The notes under the pieces are model-generated. The model was not told the origin of the DNA. It made no database searches and was given only the letters and a program-made list of their open reading frames with translations. A program made the translations under genes and the position numbers. This document shows, in pieces, positions 38,315 through 51,772 of a stretch of 64,000 bases of DNA (within the stretch, counting starts at the first letter, position 1; the number at the start of each line of letters is the position of its first letter). The stretch is taken from contig NW_024704742.1 of the NCBI RefSeq assembly GCF_018977255.1, forward strand, positions 65,846,001 to 65,910,000. Direction: 5' to 3'. The DNA comes from Callorhinchus milii (Eukaryota).

Positions 38315-39335
38315 AAAACAAAAACAGAAGTCGCTGGGAACACTCAGCAGGTCAGGCAGCATCTATGGAAAAGGAAAGTGAGTCAACATTTCGGGTCCAT
38401 GACACTTCGTCAGAAATGGGGCATGTTGCGAGGGAAAGACTTTTAAGGGCTAACAGAGAAGGGGGAGGCAGGACAAGGAAGACAAAGGAAAAAATGGGGT
38501 AGAGGACACAGGATGATGGGTTAAAGAGATGTTAATGATGCAAAACAAAGGAGGGGGATTGCAACAAAGCAGGGGAATAGGGATGCTAATTCTGCAGAAC
38601 AAAAGGTGGTGGGGGTGGGGAAGAACCTGCAACAAAACGGGCAAATCAAGGAGAGAAAAGGTATGTCTGGGACCCAGATGATGTGGTAATGGTCACAGAA
38701 GAAGGGGAGGGGGAAGGTGAGCTGTTATAGTCTGAAATTGTTGAAATCAATATTGAGGCCAGAGGGCTGTAAGGTCCCTAGTAGATAAATGAGGTGCTGT
38801 TCCTCAGCTTGCGCTGTGGCTCATTGGAACAAAGTAGGAGACTGTGGATGGAGAGGTCAGAGTGCGAGTGGGAGGGAGAGTTGAAGCTGCAAGAAACCAG
38901 AAGCTCAGGGTTGTGCTTGCGGACAGAACGGAGGTGTTCGGCAAATCGGTCGCTGAATCTGCGTTTGGTCGCCCCAATGTAGAGGAGACCACATTGTGAG
39001 CAGCAAATGCAGTAAACTACATTGTCGGTAGTACACGTAAATCACTATCTCACTTGAAAGCTGTGTTTAGGGACCTGGACAGTGGTATGGGAGGAGGTGA
39101 AAGGGCAGGTGTTGCATCTCCTGTGCTGACATGGGAAGGTGCCGGGGGGAGCAGAGAAACTGTTAGGGGTGATGGAAGAATGAACCAGGGAGTCACGGAG
39201 GGAAAGGTCCCTTTGGAATGCTGAGAGGGGAGGGGAGAGAAAGATATGTTTAGTGATCGGGTTATGCTGGAGGTGCCGAAATGGCGGAGAATTATTTTTT
39301 GGATGTTGAGGCTGGTGGGGTGGAAAGTTGGGTGG
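38315..39335 (-). mobile_element. Penelope-like retroelement 3' part with decayed GIY-YIG endonuclease
   Basis: - strand translation PGTFPCQHRRCNTCPF...FTCTTDNVVYCICCSQCGLLYIGATKRRFSDRFAEHLRSV shows the CxxxxCxxC linker and VVY...YIG motif typical of PLEs; contains stops. Confidence 0.9.
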
Positions 39336-40520
39336 ATGTCTAGTTTTAGATATCATTTACTGTGTTTTCCTAACTTTTGTGAAAGCACAAATTCTGAAAG
39401 ATTCTTAACTTCAGCCTTGATTCTGAAGCCTTAATTCTGAAGATTTCCGCAAGTTCCCATAGGGACTGTGCAAAACCAGCTCCCAAATTAACACTAAATG
39501 TAAGAAATTACCAAATATTTCACACTTAACAAGACTCAAACCGGGAAGAATTTCTATCCCCACAAACAGAACCCACTTGGATTGAGGAATCCTGTCAGAA
39601 ATGGCCTTTTTATGTAGATTTAGTCAATGTTTTTACCGTTAGATCTCTCATTATATTAACAATGGAAGCTCCTCTAAATGCAAACACATGCTTGCATTTA
39701 AATGATGAATTCCAAATTCCCACTGAATAATAATAATCCTTGCATTTGATATAGCACCTTATAATGTCATTGAGACGACTCAAAGTGCTTCACAGAATAT
39801 ACTGGAAAGTGAATTGACTGAGTATTTTGTGGGCAAAACGTGGCAACCAATTGCGCACAGCAGTGTCTCACAAATAGTCGTGGATTGAGTGACCAATAAT
39901 TTTTAATAGAACATTTAATAGTTGTTATATCAAATGCAAGCATTATTATTATGACAAATTTGCTGGTAAAAGAAGAGTTTAATTGTCTAAACTGCATGTT
40001 TATTTTTTCAAAGTATGTTGCAAGTCTTTTATCTGGTAAGTTAACATCAGTTTACAGTACTCCTTGGAAGTGGGAGTATAAAGACTCCCCCTTTGTGCTC
40101 TTGTGGAGATGTTGATAACTTTGAGCTGCCCTTAAGTGTGTTTTGTAAACACAGGCACTTGCGAATGATGGCATGACAGAAAGTCAATAGAAGGGCATTG
40201 TGTGACGTTTCTATCAACCGTTCAGGGAAAACACATTATTGAGTAATGTCTGGCACAGGTGTGCTGCCAAAACATTATGTGACCAACTCTGTTCGCATCC
40301 TTATATTCTATGTAATTTACTCATCAAGCAAATCATTTATCACTTTGCAGCTCACCTATGGATGAATGGATGGATGGAAAAGGATAGGATCCAAGAAGGG
40401 GAGGGAAGCGAGGAGGGAAGATTCTCTGAGATGCTTAGTTCTCCACATTTTCCATACGCATACCTGAGGAGCATTCAACCAGAGTCATTGACAGGAACTG
40501 TCAACACGTAACTGTGCTGT

Positions 40521-40975
40521 GTGTCAGCCTGGCTCAGCGGTAGTGCTCTCGCCTCTGAGTCAGAAGGTTGTGGGCTCAGGCCCCACATTGGGACTTGGAA
40601 TCACAAAGTCTAAGTTGACACTCCAATGCAGTGGTGCGGTGTCAGATCACCTACATCGTCAGAGGTGCCGTCCTTCTTATGAGACGTTAAACCGAGGTCC
40701 TGTCTGTCTGTTCAGGTAAATGTTAAAGATCCCATGGCAATATTCAAAAAGTGAGGGGAGTTTCTCTCTCCCGGTGTCCTGGTAAACAATCTCCTTAAAT
40801 AAAATTGGTTATTCAATCCATGACTGTTTGTGGGACACTGCTGTGCCAACTGGCTGCCAGATTTTGCCCATAAAATACACAGCCAGTCTACTTTACAGTA
40901 TATCCTGTGATTTGGGTTTTGAGACTTCTCAACGATGTGATAAGGCACGATATCAAATTCGAGGATTAGTATTAT
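40521..40975 (+). mobile_element. DeuSINE-superfamily (SacSINE1/AmnSINE1-like) element, near full length
   Basis: tRNA-like head gtgtcagcctggctcagcggtag...ctgagtcagaaggttgtggg, then Deu-domain-like ggtgccgtcctt...atgagacgttaaaccgaggtcc...aaagatcccatggca...ccggtgtcctgg, then the shared tail. Confidence 0.82.
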
Positions 40976-41524
40976 TAATTATATTACTATTAATAAATCC
41001 AGTGTATTGAGTAATAATCCCCACATTTGATGCAGCATTTGTAATGTCAAAACTACTCAAAGAGCTTTACAGGTCGTTGCTGTCCAGATCTAGTGACTGT
41101 GCATATGTTAAGCAAATGGCAGCAACCAATAATAATGATGATGATAATAATAATCCTTACATTTTGACTTCAAGACCCTCACCCTCAACTACAAATCCCT
41201 TCACGCCTTAGATCTCCCTGCCTCTCTGCTGCTCATACCCCACTCCTCCGCTCGCTGTATTCCTCAGCAGAAACAGGTTTCATGTCACTATGTGTCAGAC
41301 ATCCAACTGACCAAAATAAACATTTTTCGTAGGTGAACACAGTAGCAACTATCACAAAACAATATCACACAAACAGCCATGAAGGGAATGACCAATATTT
41401 TTTTTCTGAGGTGTCGCTAATCAGGACACCGGGAGAAACTCTCTTCTCTTTTTGCCATCTTAGACATCTCTGTGAACAGCCAGACAGGATTTCGGTTTAG
41501 CATCAGATGTGACGGGAATGGAAA

Positions 41525-41878
41525 TTATAATAATAATAATCCTTGCAATTGATATGTCGCTGAGATGTCTCAAAGAGCTTCACAGAATATAATGTAAAAT
41601 GGATTGACTGCATTTTGTGGGGAAAACGAGGCATCCAATTGCGCACAGCAATGTCCCACAAACAGTTGTGGATTGAATGGCCCAATTTTTTTTGAAGGAT
41701 TATTTCTCCCACAAAATGATTCTCCAATTGACTAATAAACAGGTTCTTACTTACTGCTCGGTAAACAGAAATTTGTGAACTAAGAAAACTTGGAAAAGGT
41801 TTCGCCCTGCCCTGGGAATTGAATCCAGGTCCTCTTGCTTGTGAGGCGAGTAAGCTAACCACTATGTTATGGGACTCC
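41525..41878 (-). mobile_element. tRNA-derived SINE, long subfamily (other family copies ~24010-24358 -, 29410-29627 +, 33590-33913 +, 47022-47500 +, 50855-51238 +, 52672-53005 -, 60238-60550 -)
   Basis: Same head, centre and tail architecture as 17329-17677. Confidence 0.85.
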
Positions 41879-43257
41879 ACTATATTTTCTCATTGAACAG
41901 TGGGTGCAGGATGGCCTGTGCTCCCATTGTGAGGTCCGTGCCATGTGCGGTAAAATAGGCAGGATCTTGCTATTTCCTGTTGTTTGACACAGATGCCCTG
42001 GGAGTAACATTATTATCTCCTGCTGCTGTGTTTTGAATGTACAGCTTGCCAAGGAATAGTGTTTCAATAATGTATTGAAAGGCAATGGGGGAGATGGGGC
42101 AGCAGGAAAAATAAATCAAAGTCAATATTAAGGGAACCCTCAGCCGCCAGGCTCCTCCTCAATAAATCTTTAATTAAAATTCAGTTGCACTGCTCGTTGC
42201 AGGAAATTTGCAAATATCCACTCTACGAAGCCTGTTCAGTGAAGGAGGAAATCACTGAAATCCACTATGAATATCCTCTGGCTTGTGCCAACTCACTCCA
42301 CAAAGCTAAGAGCTTGAAGAGAATGTACATTCTTTATTACAGTACTCCCGACGGGCTAACAAGGCCGGAAGGAAAACGTTGGGATTTTTGGGATCAATGT
42401 AGTTACAGTTCTATTCTCTGTACCTGGTTGGGCGGGAGGCCAGGAGATTGCAGAGAGCCTCCGAACACTGAGCTAGCATTAGTCGGGAGGTGCTTGATGC
42501 AAACTACTTCTCAGAGACAGTCGTGTGGAAAACGTGCAATGATAATAATAATAATCCTTACATTTGATATAGCGCCTTATCACATCATTGAGATGTCTCA
42601 ATGTGCTTCACAGAATATACTGTAAAGTGGATTGACTGCATATTTTATATAATAATTTATGCATTTGATAAAGCTCCTATAACATCAAAAACTTTGAAAA
42701 TCACTTCACACATCTTTCTGTAAAGTGTAGTACTATATTTGTAGGCAAAATTGGCAACCAATTTCTGCACAGCAATGTTCCATAAACAGACACAAAATGA
42801 ATGATGATTTTTTTGTCTGGAGGATTGTTGGCCAGGACACCTGGAGAAAGTCCTTTCTCTTTTTCAAGTAGTGCCATGGAATCTTTAATATCCACCTGAA
42901 CAGGCATGGACAGTTTAACATCTCATCCGAGGTACAGCACCTACAACACTAAAACTCACATAAGTCGTATCAGTCAGGACTATAGCATTTAATATAATAA
43001 TAATAATAATAATCCTTGCATTTGATATAGCGCTTTTCACGTCGGGAGGACGTCCCAAAGTGCTTCACAAAACACACTGTAAAGTGAATTGACTGCATAT
43101 TTGTGGGCAAACACGGCGAATATGACTTACGCAAAGTCCGAGTTGCAGGCAAACTTGTATGAATCATAGGAAATCTGATTTAAACAATAATCTACACTGC
43201 ACATGCATAATTCAATGCAGCTGATAAGTGTGCCTGCAATGATGGGTTAAGACTACA

Positions 43258-44430
43258 TATAACATAATATGTAGGAGCAGGAGTAGGCCCTTCGAGCCTG
43301 CCCCGCCATTCAATCATGGCTGATCTTCTAATCTAACTCCAGCTAATAACCTGACCCTGCCTTATCCCCATATCCTTTAATCCCTTTTGCAATAAGAAAT
43401 CTATCTATCTCAGTCTTGAATATGTTCAAGGACTGAGCGTCAACAGCCCTTTGGGGTAGCGAGTTCCATACATTCACCACCCTTTGAGTGAAGAAGTTCT
43501 TCCTCAACTCAGTGCGAAAGGGCTGGCCTCTGATTTTAAGGTTGTGACCCCTGGTTTTAGTTCCTCCAACCAGGGAAACAATCTCCCACTATCTACTCTA
43601 TCATGCCCTTTGATGATCTTATACGTTTCTATAAGATCCTCTCTAATTCTTCTATATTCTAGAGAATATAGGCCCAAATTGCTCAGCCTATCCTCGTAAC
43701 TCATCCCCTTCATCCCTGGCACTAACCTGGTAAATCTACGCTGCAGCCCCTTCAAAGCAAGTACATCCTTCTTTAAATAAGGAGACCAAAACTGCACACA
43801 GTATTCCAGGTGTGGTCTGACCAGGGCCCTATACAGTTGCAGTAAGACTTCCCTACTCTTATACTCTAATCCTTTCATAATGAATGCTAACATACCGTTC
43901 GCCTTCCTAATTGCTGCTGCACCCGCAGACTAACTTTCTGTGATTGGTGTACAAGGACACCCGAGTCCCTCCGGACGCCAACACATTCCAATCTCTCCCC
44001 TTCTAAAAAATAACCCGCTCTACTGTTTTTGTACCCAGGTGGATGACTTCGCACTTCCCTGCATTATACTTCATCTGCCACCTACCTGCCCAGTCACCTA
44101 ACCTATCTACGTCTCGCTGCATTTTTTTAATGTCGTTTTAATGTCGTTCTCTGTGTTGACACTTCCTCCTAGTTTTGTGTCATCTGCAAATTTAGATATA
44201 TTAGCTTTGATGTCCTCATCTAGATCGTTGATGTAAATGGTAAATAGCTGAGGCCCAAGGACTGATCCTTGTGGCACTCCACTAGTTACATCCCGCCAAT
44301 CTGAAAAGGACCCTTTTACCCCTACTCTTTGTTTCCTACCCGTTAACCATTCCCCAATCCACGTTAATATGCTCCCCCCAATTCCATGGGCCCCTATCTT
44401 TTGGACTAACCTTTTATGTGCACTTTATTT
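43258..44430 (-). mobile_element. CR1-clade LINE, RT domain to 3' UTR, 5'-truncated
   Basis: - strand [40 protein letters not shown] and LQLYRALVRPHLEYCVQFWSPYLKKD...QRRFTRLVPG; CR1-type 3' UTR ending cctactcctgctcctacata. Confidence 0.95.
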
Positions 44431-45496
44431 TCCACGATTTAATACATCTTGACCTCTTGCCGCATGTGCACTTATCAGCAAGCATTGGAATCTCACCGAA
44501 TCATGGGAAATGAAGTTCTTCTGCGCATGTGTTGACGTATCAGGATAGGTTTCCGTTCAGTGTAGCCTGACGGTAAGTGAGCATGTGTCAATGGGTCACT
44601 TCTCGTGTTTCAAGGCAGCTGATACATGCGGGAGTAATAGAGGGTAGGGGAACCCGTTATGAGTTAGGAGGTGATGAATATGAGTAGTACAAAAAAAAAG
44701 TGGTTTTAATACTATTATTTAATAATAATAATAATCCTTGCAATTGATATAGTGCATTATCACATCTTTGATACATCTCAAGGGGCCGTTTTTCGTTATT
44801 AGCAGAAAGTTGAGAAGAACACATTAATGAGACAAACTTCTGTTCTAAACTTCAGTGTGACAGATTCCTTTGCAGATTGCAAGGGCCAATCTTGAAAAGG
44901 TTGTGCCTTTTATTTAGTCAAATAAATTGGATGTTTAAGTCAAGAGGCCATCTAATAATATCTCCTGTCTAATGTGGCCCTGATAAGATTAATAATACTT
45001 GCTGTATATGACACAGATACTAATGATATTGATTCTCATATTCCTTTAATGACTTGTTCTGTCACAGTATTACACAGTACTTAACTCTCTTTCTTAGATA
45101 TCAGCAAGGCATCGTGTAACGGTTTGTACTGTGTCTGTGAACAAAACGCTGTCTACAAACCTTCCCCCCAACTGCTCTCTAACAATGGAAAGTTTTCAAT
45201 GCATTTAGTTATTCTGATCACTTGGTTTGTTGTTGTGATCACACTGGGTTTATAGTGATCACTCTCTGTTTATAGTGTAGTAATTGCACCGGGTGTGTAG
45301 TAATCACTAGGTGGGACACTGCTGTGAGCAATTGGCTTCCGTGTTTTGCCCCACAAAATACACAGTCAATTCACTTTACAATATATTCTGTGAAGTGCTT
45401 TGAGACATCTCAACGATGTGATAAGGTGCTTTATCAAATGCAAGCATTATTATCATGATATAGTGATCACATCGCCTAGGCTGACACTCCAGAGTA

Positions 45497-45920
45497 TTGC
45501 TGATCCTCATCCTCACCTACAAGGCCATTCACGGCCTTGCACTCTCCGACCTACTATCCCCCTACCTACCTGCCCGTACCCTCCGTTCCTCTGGCTCCGG
45601 TCTGCTCCACATCCCCCGCCCCAACCGCCCTACCATCGGTGGCCGGGCTTTCAGCCTCTCAGCCCCTAGGCTCTGGAACTTCATCCCCCAGTGTCTTCTC
45701 CTTGCTTCCTCCCTTTCCTCCTTCAAGGCCGGTCTCAAGACCTTTCTCTTCAGCCGTGCCTTCAGCTCCCCTCTCGACTCTCTACCCCCTCCTCGCTCCC
45801 TCCCTTCCCTCCCCTCACCCTGACCATTTCCCCCCTGCTCGGGTCCCGACCCAACTGTCCAGTGCCTTGGGACGTCCTCCCGACATGAAAGGCGCTCTAT
45901 AAATGCAATCTTGTTGTTGC
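45497..45920 (+). mobile_element. L2 LINE 3' end, same subfamily as 3655-4250
   Basis: ILILTYKAIHGLA...GGRAFSLSAPRLWN...SFKAGLKTFLF; single minisatellite unit; (TTG)n tail. Confidence 0.9.
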
Positions 45921-48900
45921 TGTGTGGTATGCTATCTTACAGTAGGTGCTGTCATTATGGATGGGATATTAATCTGTCTATGCCAGTTCAGGTGGACATT
46001 AAAGATCCTGTGGCACTAATTGAAAAAAGGAAAGGACTTTCTCCTGGTGTCCTGACCATTCTTTAATGATCAAGTGGACGAAGCCTGGATCAATCACTAT
46101 TACTGAAGTCAGGTGGTGCAGCAGGTGGTGCTTTGTCACCGGAAGGTTTTGTGTTAAAAGTGAAACCAATATAAATTCCTGGGATTACCTGCAATACATT
46201 CTGCTGAGATCAATTACATAGTGATCTGGAGTGGCGCAAATCTCCTAGCTCTTGCAAACAGCTGCACTTTATCCAGTTCACTCTTCCTAGCCTGATGGTG
46301 GACACATGACCTGGCATTTGCTAAACTAAACAAAGAATCTTTCAATACACAGGCCCTTCCATAAAATAAATCCCCATCGAAATTTGGAAATTAACCACTT
46401 AATCAATCATTAATCCAGCTGTCCGCTTTATTTTACATCTAATTTATCTTAAAACACTTTATTATTTCAAGTGATAATGGCAAAGAAAATTAAAGGGAAG
46501 GTAGGGGGAGAAAGGGAAGAAAAATTATTTGGGGTCATAGAATTCTCCACTACAAATCTCAGTTGATATACAAGGCCCATCAGTTATTTTAAAGGGGAAT
46601 TAGACCAACGCTGGAAAATGAGGGGTATTAGAGAGTGCGGGAGTTAAGGGGGGGTTAAGGGTGTGTTGAGTGGGGGGAAATGAGGAGGAGAGTGGAATTA
46701 GACTTTGCGGTTTATTTGAAGAAAACCAGCAGTGCAGACTCGATGAGTTTAAAGGACCTGTTTCTGTGCTGTAATGTAATGTTCAGTGATTCCAGGCTCC
46801 CAGTGCTTGCAGGGCAGGTGTGACAGGCTCACTCTTGTATTTGTTGCTAGACGGAGGCATGAGATACATTAGAATCATAGACATTTACAGCACAGAAGGA
46901 AGCAATTCGGCCCATCAAATCTGCACTAGCTCTCAGAGCAAAGTGTTCATACAATCCCTATACCCTGCCCTACCTTATCCCCATACCCCTACAAGCCTCT
47001 ATCCTTCATATATCTGTCTTGGACCATAGTGGTCAGTGCACTCGCCTTGCAAGCAAGAGGTCCCAGGTTCGATTTCCAGATGGGTGAAACCTTAGGAAAA
47101 GTTTCCTTACTTCACACACCTCTGTTTAACCAGCAGTAATAATAATAATAATCCTTGCTTTTGATATAGTACCTTATCACCTCTTCAAGATGATTCAAAG
47201 CACTTCACAGAATATACCGTAAAGTGAATTGACTGTATATTTTGTGGGCGAAAGTGAATAGGAACCTGTTTGTTAGTCGACCGGTGGAATGCTTTCCAGG
47301 AGTAATAATCCTTCAAACAAAACCAAAATTTTGGTCACTCAATCCACTACTGTTTGTGGGTCACTGCTGTACGCAATTGGCTGCCACGTTTCACCAAAAG
47401 AATACATGGTCAATCCACGTGGCAGTATATTCTGTGAGGCGCTTTGAGGGTCTGGAGGACATGATACGGCGCTATATCAAATGCAAGGATTATTATTATT
47501 TAGTTTTGGGTGTTGTTTGTGACGGTTTTACATTGTATTAGGAAAATTAAATAAATGCAAATTAGGATTTTAAGAAAAAAAGTGCTCGAAAGGGAAAGTT
47601 ACAGTGCAAATAATAATAATCCTTGCGTTTGATATAGCCCCTTATCACATCATTGGAACGTCTCAAAGCTCTTAACAAAATATATTGCAATGTGGAATGA
47701 CAATGTATTTTTGTGGGCGAAACGTGGCAGCCAATTGAGCACAGCATTGTCCCACAAACAGTCATGGATTGGGTGACCAAAATTTTGGTTTTCTTTGAAG
47801 GATTATTACTCCTGGAAATCATGTTTGCCTTTCAGTTAAAAAGGACGAAACAAGAGGGCTGCTGAGGGAGATGCCTGGGTGCTCTCACTTGCGAGACGAT
47901 GTGGATTTTCAGTAAAAAAATCATTGCAGGTCATACAGTTTTTGCAGGTCTTCATCAACACTGTCTGCTGACTCTGAGGCCATCGAGGAAAATGCAGAAG
48001 TTGAGAAAATTCATTAACTGAGGAGTATGGCAAACTCCAAGGGATAGGAGGGCTGGTTATGTCGGGTTGAAATCAGAGCTCACTGAATGAACACCAATGG
48101 TTAAACCGAGCCAAGATCAATCTTTACTCAGTCTGTGCTCAGATAAGCTTTGAATGTTTTTTTTCTCTCTCTCTTTGGTGAAATGGAAACTTGGAATGAC
48201 TTGGATTTGTCTGGAATTCGACTGAAGCGAGACTTGAGGGGCCACTTGCCCATCCTGATAAGGAATTAACCCCTCAGTTTCTGGATTTTCGCGGCTTTAA
48301 GATTTTCTTCAATTATAATAATAAATAATAATAATCATAACAATAATTCTTGAATTTCATATAGTGCTTTACAACGCCTGATACAGCAGAAATGGTTGTG
48401 TATATTTACCTAGTCTCCATTATAACACTGGTCTCTAAACATGAGCAGTGAAAAAATATTTAGGAAATAGCTGAAGGGTTGGGGGGGGGGGGATAGAGCT
48501 GGAAAGTGGCATCAATAATAAAGGAAACAATGAAAGAGACTCCATGTGCCAAATGGCCTCCTTCTGTAGTGAAACTCTCTATCCCTCTATTATTGGGAAA
48601 CTTTATCTATTTATACTTATATTGATTTATATTTTCGCCCTCAAAATATACAGTCAATTCACTTTAAAGTATATTCTGTAAAGCGCTTTGAGATGTCTCA
48701 ATGATGTGATAAGGCACCATATCAAAAGCAAGGATTATTATTATTAAATCTCATTTCCCTGCTCGGTGGACCCATCCTCTGCCCTGTGAACCTTTATAAA
48801 GCGCTTTGGGACGTCCTCCCGACGTGAAAAGCGCTATATCAAATGCAAGGATTATTATTATAATAATAATCCTTGCATTTGTCATAGCGCCTTATGTCAT

Positions 48901-51349
48901 TGAGATGTCTCAAAATGCTTTGCAGAATATACTGTGAAGTGAATTGACTGTGTATCATGTGAGCGAAACGCAGCAGCCCATTGCACACAGCAGAGTCCCA
49001 TAAACAATAATGAATTGAGTGACCACTTTTTTTAGCACCTTCAGGAATGGAAGAGGAGAGAAAATCAAACAAAACAAATAACCTTTTTTGTTAAAAGAAG
49101 TATCTTTATGTCATTTGCCATCGTTAAGACAAAAATGAAACTCAAATTCTCCTCCTGCCCCAAACACAGAACATTTCCCAATACAGATTTGTAACAACTT
49201 GCCCTTATATAATAATAATCCTTGCATTTTATATTCCACCTTTCATATAAGGAGGACACCTCAAAGCGCTTCACAGGTGGAGTGGCTGTATTTTGTAGGC
49301 AAACACGACAGCCAATTATGTGTACAACAATGTAGTGAGTGACCAATTTTTTGAGGAGATTGTTGGGGTGGACACCGGGAGAAACTCCCACCCTTTTTTG
49401 AGTAATGCAAGGGATCTTTAATGGCCACTTGAACAGGCAGATGGGACCTTGGTTTAAATGTATCATCCTCAGGAGCACCTCTAACAAGGCAGCTCACCCC
49501 CCACCACTGCACTGGAGTGTCAACCTAGAGACCATGAGTTCAAAGTCCTGACGTGGGGTTTGAATCTACAACCTTCTGACTCAGGGGTGAGAGTGCTACC
49601 ACTGAGCAAGGCACCTTTCACAGGGATAAAGTGGAACACGGAGTGAGATGGGAGGAGGAGCAGAGATAGGAGGAAGGCCACCGAAAATATGGTAAAAGAG
49701 GTAGGCTTTTGGGGGGAGGGAGTTTGAAAGCAGTGAGTGAGGGCGAATGAGACTGAGCGATTTAGCAAAGGAGTTTTAAGGAGCAGGAGAGAGGGTATAG
49801 TGGCTGAAAGCTTCTTTAGGAAAAGCAGTTCCCCTTTAAGAAACTCAAAGCAATAATAATAAAAAAAATCATGGATAATAATGAGAAGAAAGTATCTGAG
49901 GATGTGGATGGCTCACAGTTTGTGTTACAGCTGGAGAGCTGTAACACATCAGAGTCCTTCCCTGTTTTCTCTGGCACACAATACTGCCGCAGTCAGACAT
50001 AGCTCTACACAGAGATCAGCTTTGTCGTTTATATCCACAATTAACAAGTTTAATGCCTCTTTTAGCATAAACGATATCACGGGCGCATTGAATAAACAAC
50101 TTTTCCTCCCTACCCCCTCCTGCCCTTCTCTAGAGTTCAATGAACTCCAAGCTTATTGCTAGGAGATAAATAAATAGTGCCTGGAATATCTCTCCTCCCC
50201 CCTCCCTCTCCGGGTTCTCTCCCCCCACTCCCCTCGACCCCGCCCCTACACTCCCACTCCCCAGCAGGTGTCGGATGTTTTGGAGAGTGGTGTTTTGTTG
50301 GGGTGATGGCTGCCAGATTTAGTGCTTGTTCACAGCTGGTGAGCACTTGGCTTCTCTGAGGATGCTTGGCAGTGAACAGGAAGGAGGTTCAGCCTTCTAT
50401 TGGGAGGTGAAACTCTCAGGAAGCAATGGCTCAATGGACGTCATTCTTTGACCCTCTCTCCCCCCCCATCCCCGCCCCCCACTGCACCATTGAAACTAAG
50501 AAACATTTGTTAAAAAGGGCAAAACAAGAGGGCTGCTGAAGGAGATGCCAAAAGCAAACTGAGGGCTCTTTAGGTGGATGATAAATCGTTGCTCCGGATT
50601 AATTAGACGTCCAACAAAATTGGAAATGTGTTCTTTGAGTGAATGAAGTGTGTTCCTCCGCTTACTGTGACTGAACGCTGCCCTGGTCTAGTGTCTGTTT
50701 GTTCTGCGGAGCTAATTCGCAGCGTGTAACAAGCGGAAAGCGCTCTGATTCGGGCTGATCTGTTTGTTCTGACCTGTTGCTGCTTGACCGAGAGTCCTTC
50801 ATGTTGACAACATTAGCATTGCATTGAACTGTCAGCTTAGACCTAGACTTGAGTGTAGTGCTGTAGCATAGTGGTTAGCACACTCACCTCACAAGTGAGA
50901 CGACCCAGGTTCAGTTTCCGGGTGGGGTGAAACCTTCGGCAAGTTTTCTTACGGCACATGCCTCTGTTTACTTAGCAGTATGTAGGAACCTGGTTGTTGG
51001 TCGATTGGCAGATCACTTTCCTGGGGGTGGTAATCCTTCAAAAAAATTAAATAATAATAATTCAAACAGTCAACCCATGACTGTTAGTGGGTGGCTGCTG
51101 TGCGCAATTGACTGCTGTGTTTCACCCGCAAAATATACAGTCAATTCACTTTACATATATTCTCTGAAGTGTTTGAGACATCTCAACGACCCGATGAGGC
51201 ACTATATCAAATGCAAGTATTATTATTATTATTATTATCAGAGGTGTGCAGAGTCTTTTGCGTAGAACCATCGCCTCAAAGTACTTCACGAGGTGAAGGA
51301 GAGTGGTTCCGTAGGTGTTGATGTTGTAGGTGTTTAGCGGGTGTCCAGT

Positions 51350-51772
51350 CAGGAGGATGTCTCAAAGTGCTTCACGAGATATATTGTAAAGTGTAATTTG
51401 TAATGTATACTGTGTATTTTGTAGGCGAACCCGGCTGCCAATTTGCACATCCCAATGTCCCACAAACAGCATGAAATGAATGACCAATTTTTTGGCGGGG
51501 GATTGTTGGCCAGGACACCGGCAGAAACTCCCTTCTCATTTCGAATAGTGTCCTGAGATGTTTAACATCCACCTGAACAGGCAGACCTTAGTTTAATGTC
51601 TCATCCAAAAGACGGCACTTCTAACATGCAATGTGGAGCCTCGCCCAGCACTGCATTGCAGTGTCAGCCAAGACCTAGATGATATGAGTTCCAAGTGCCA
51701 ACATGGGGGATTGAACTCACAACCTTCTGACTCAGAGGCAAGAGTGCTCCCAAGTGAGTTAGGCTGACACAT
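51350..51772 (-). mobile_element. DeuSINE-like copy (others ~840-1060 -, 29820-30070 -, 33990-34190 -, 42650-42950 -, 45940-46060 +, 49210-49610 -, 53935-54280 -, 59010-59420 +, 62800-63120 -)
   Basis: Same Deu-like domain and head as 40521-40975. Confidence 0.8.

Noticed and set aside
44455..44630. Cluster of GCATGTG/GCGCATG motifs resembling NRF1 sites
   Set aside because: All are degenerate, with no CpG island or downstream exon; evidence is insufficient.
47848..47868. CTCF-like aacaagagggctgc inside the 40-bp direct repeat
   Set aside because: It lacks the near-invariant CC at the start of the core.
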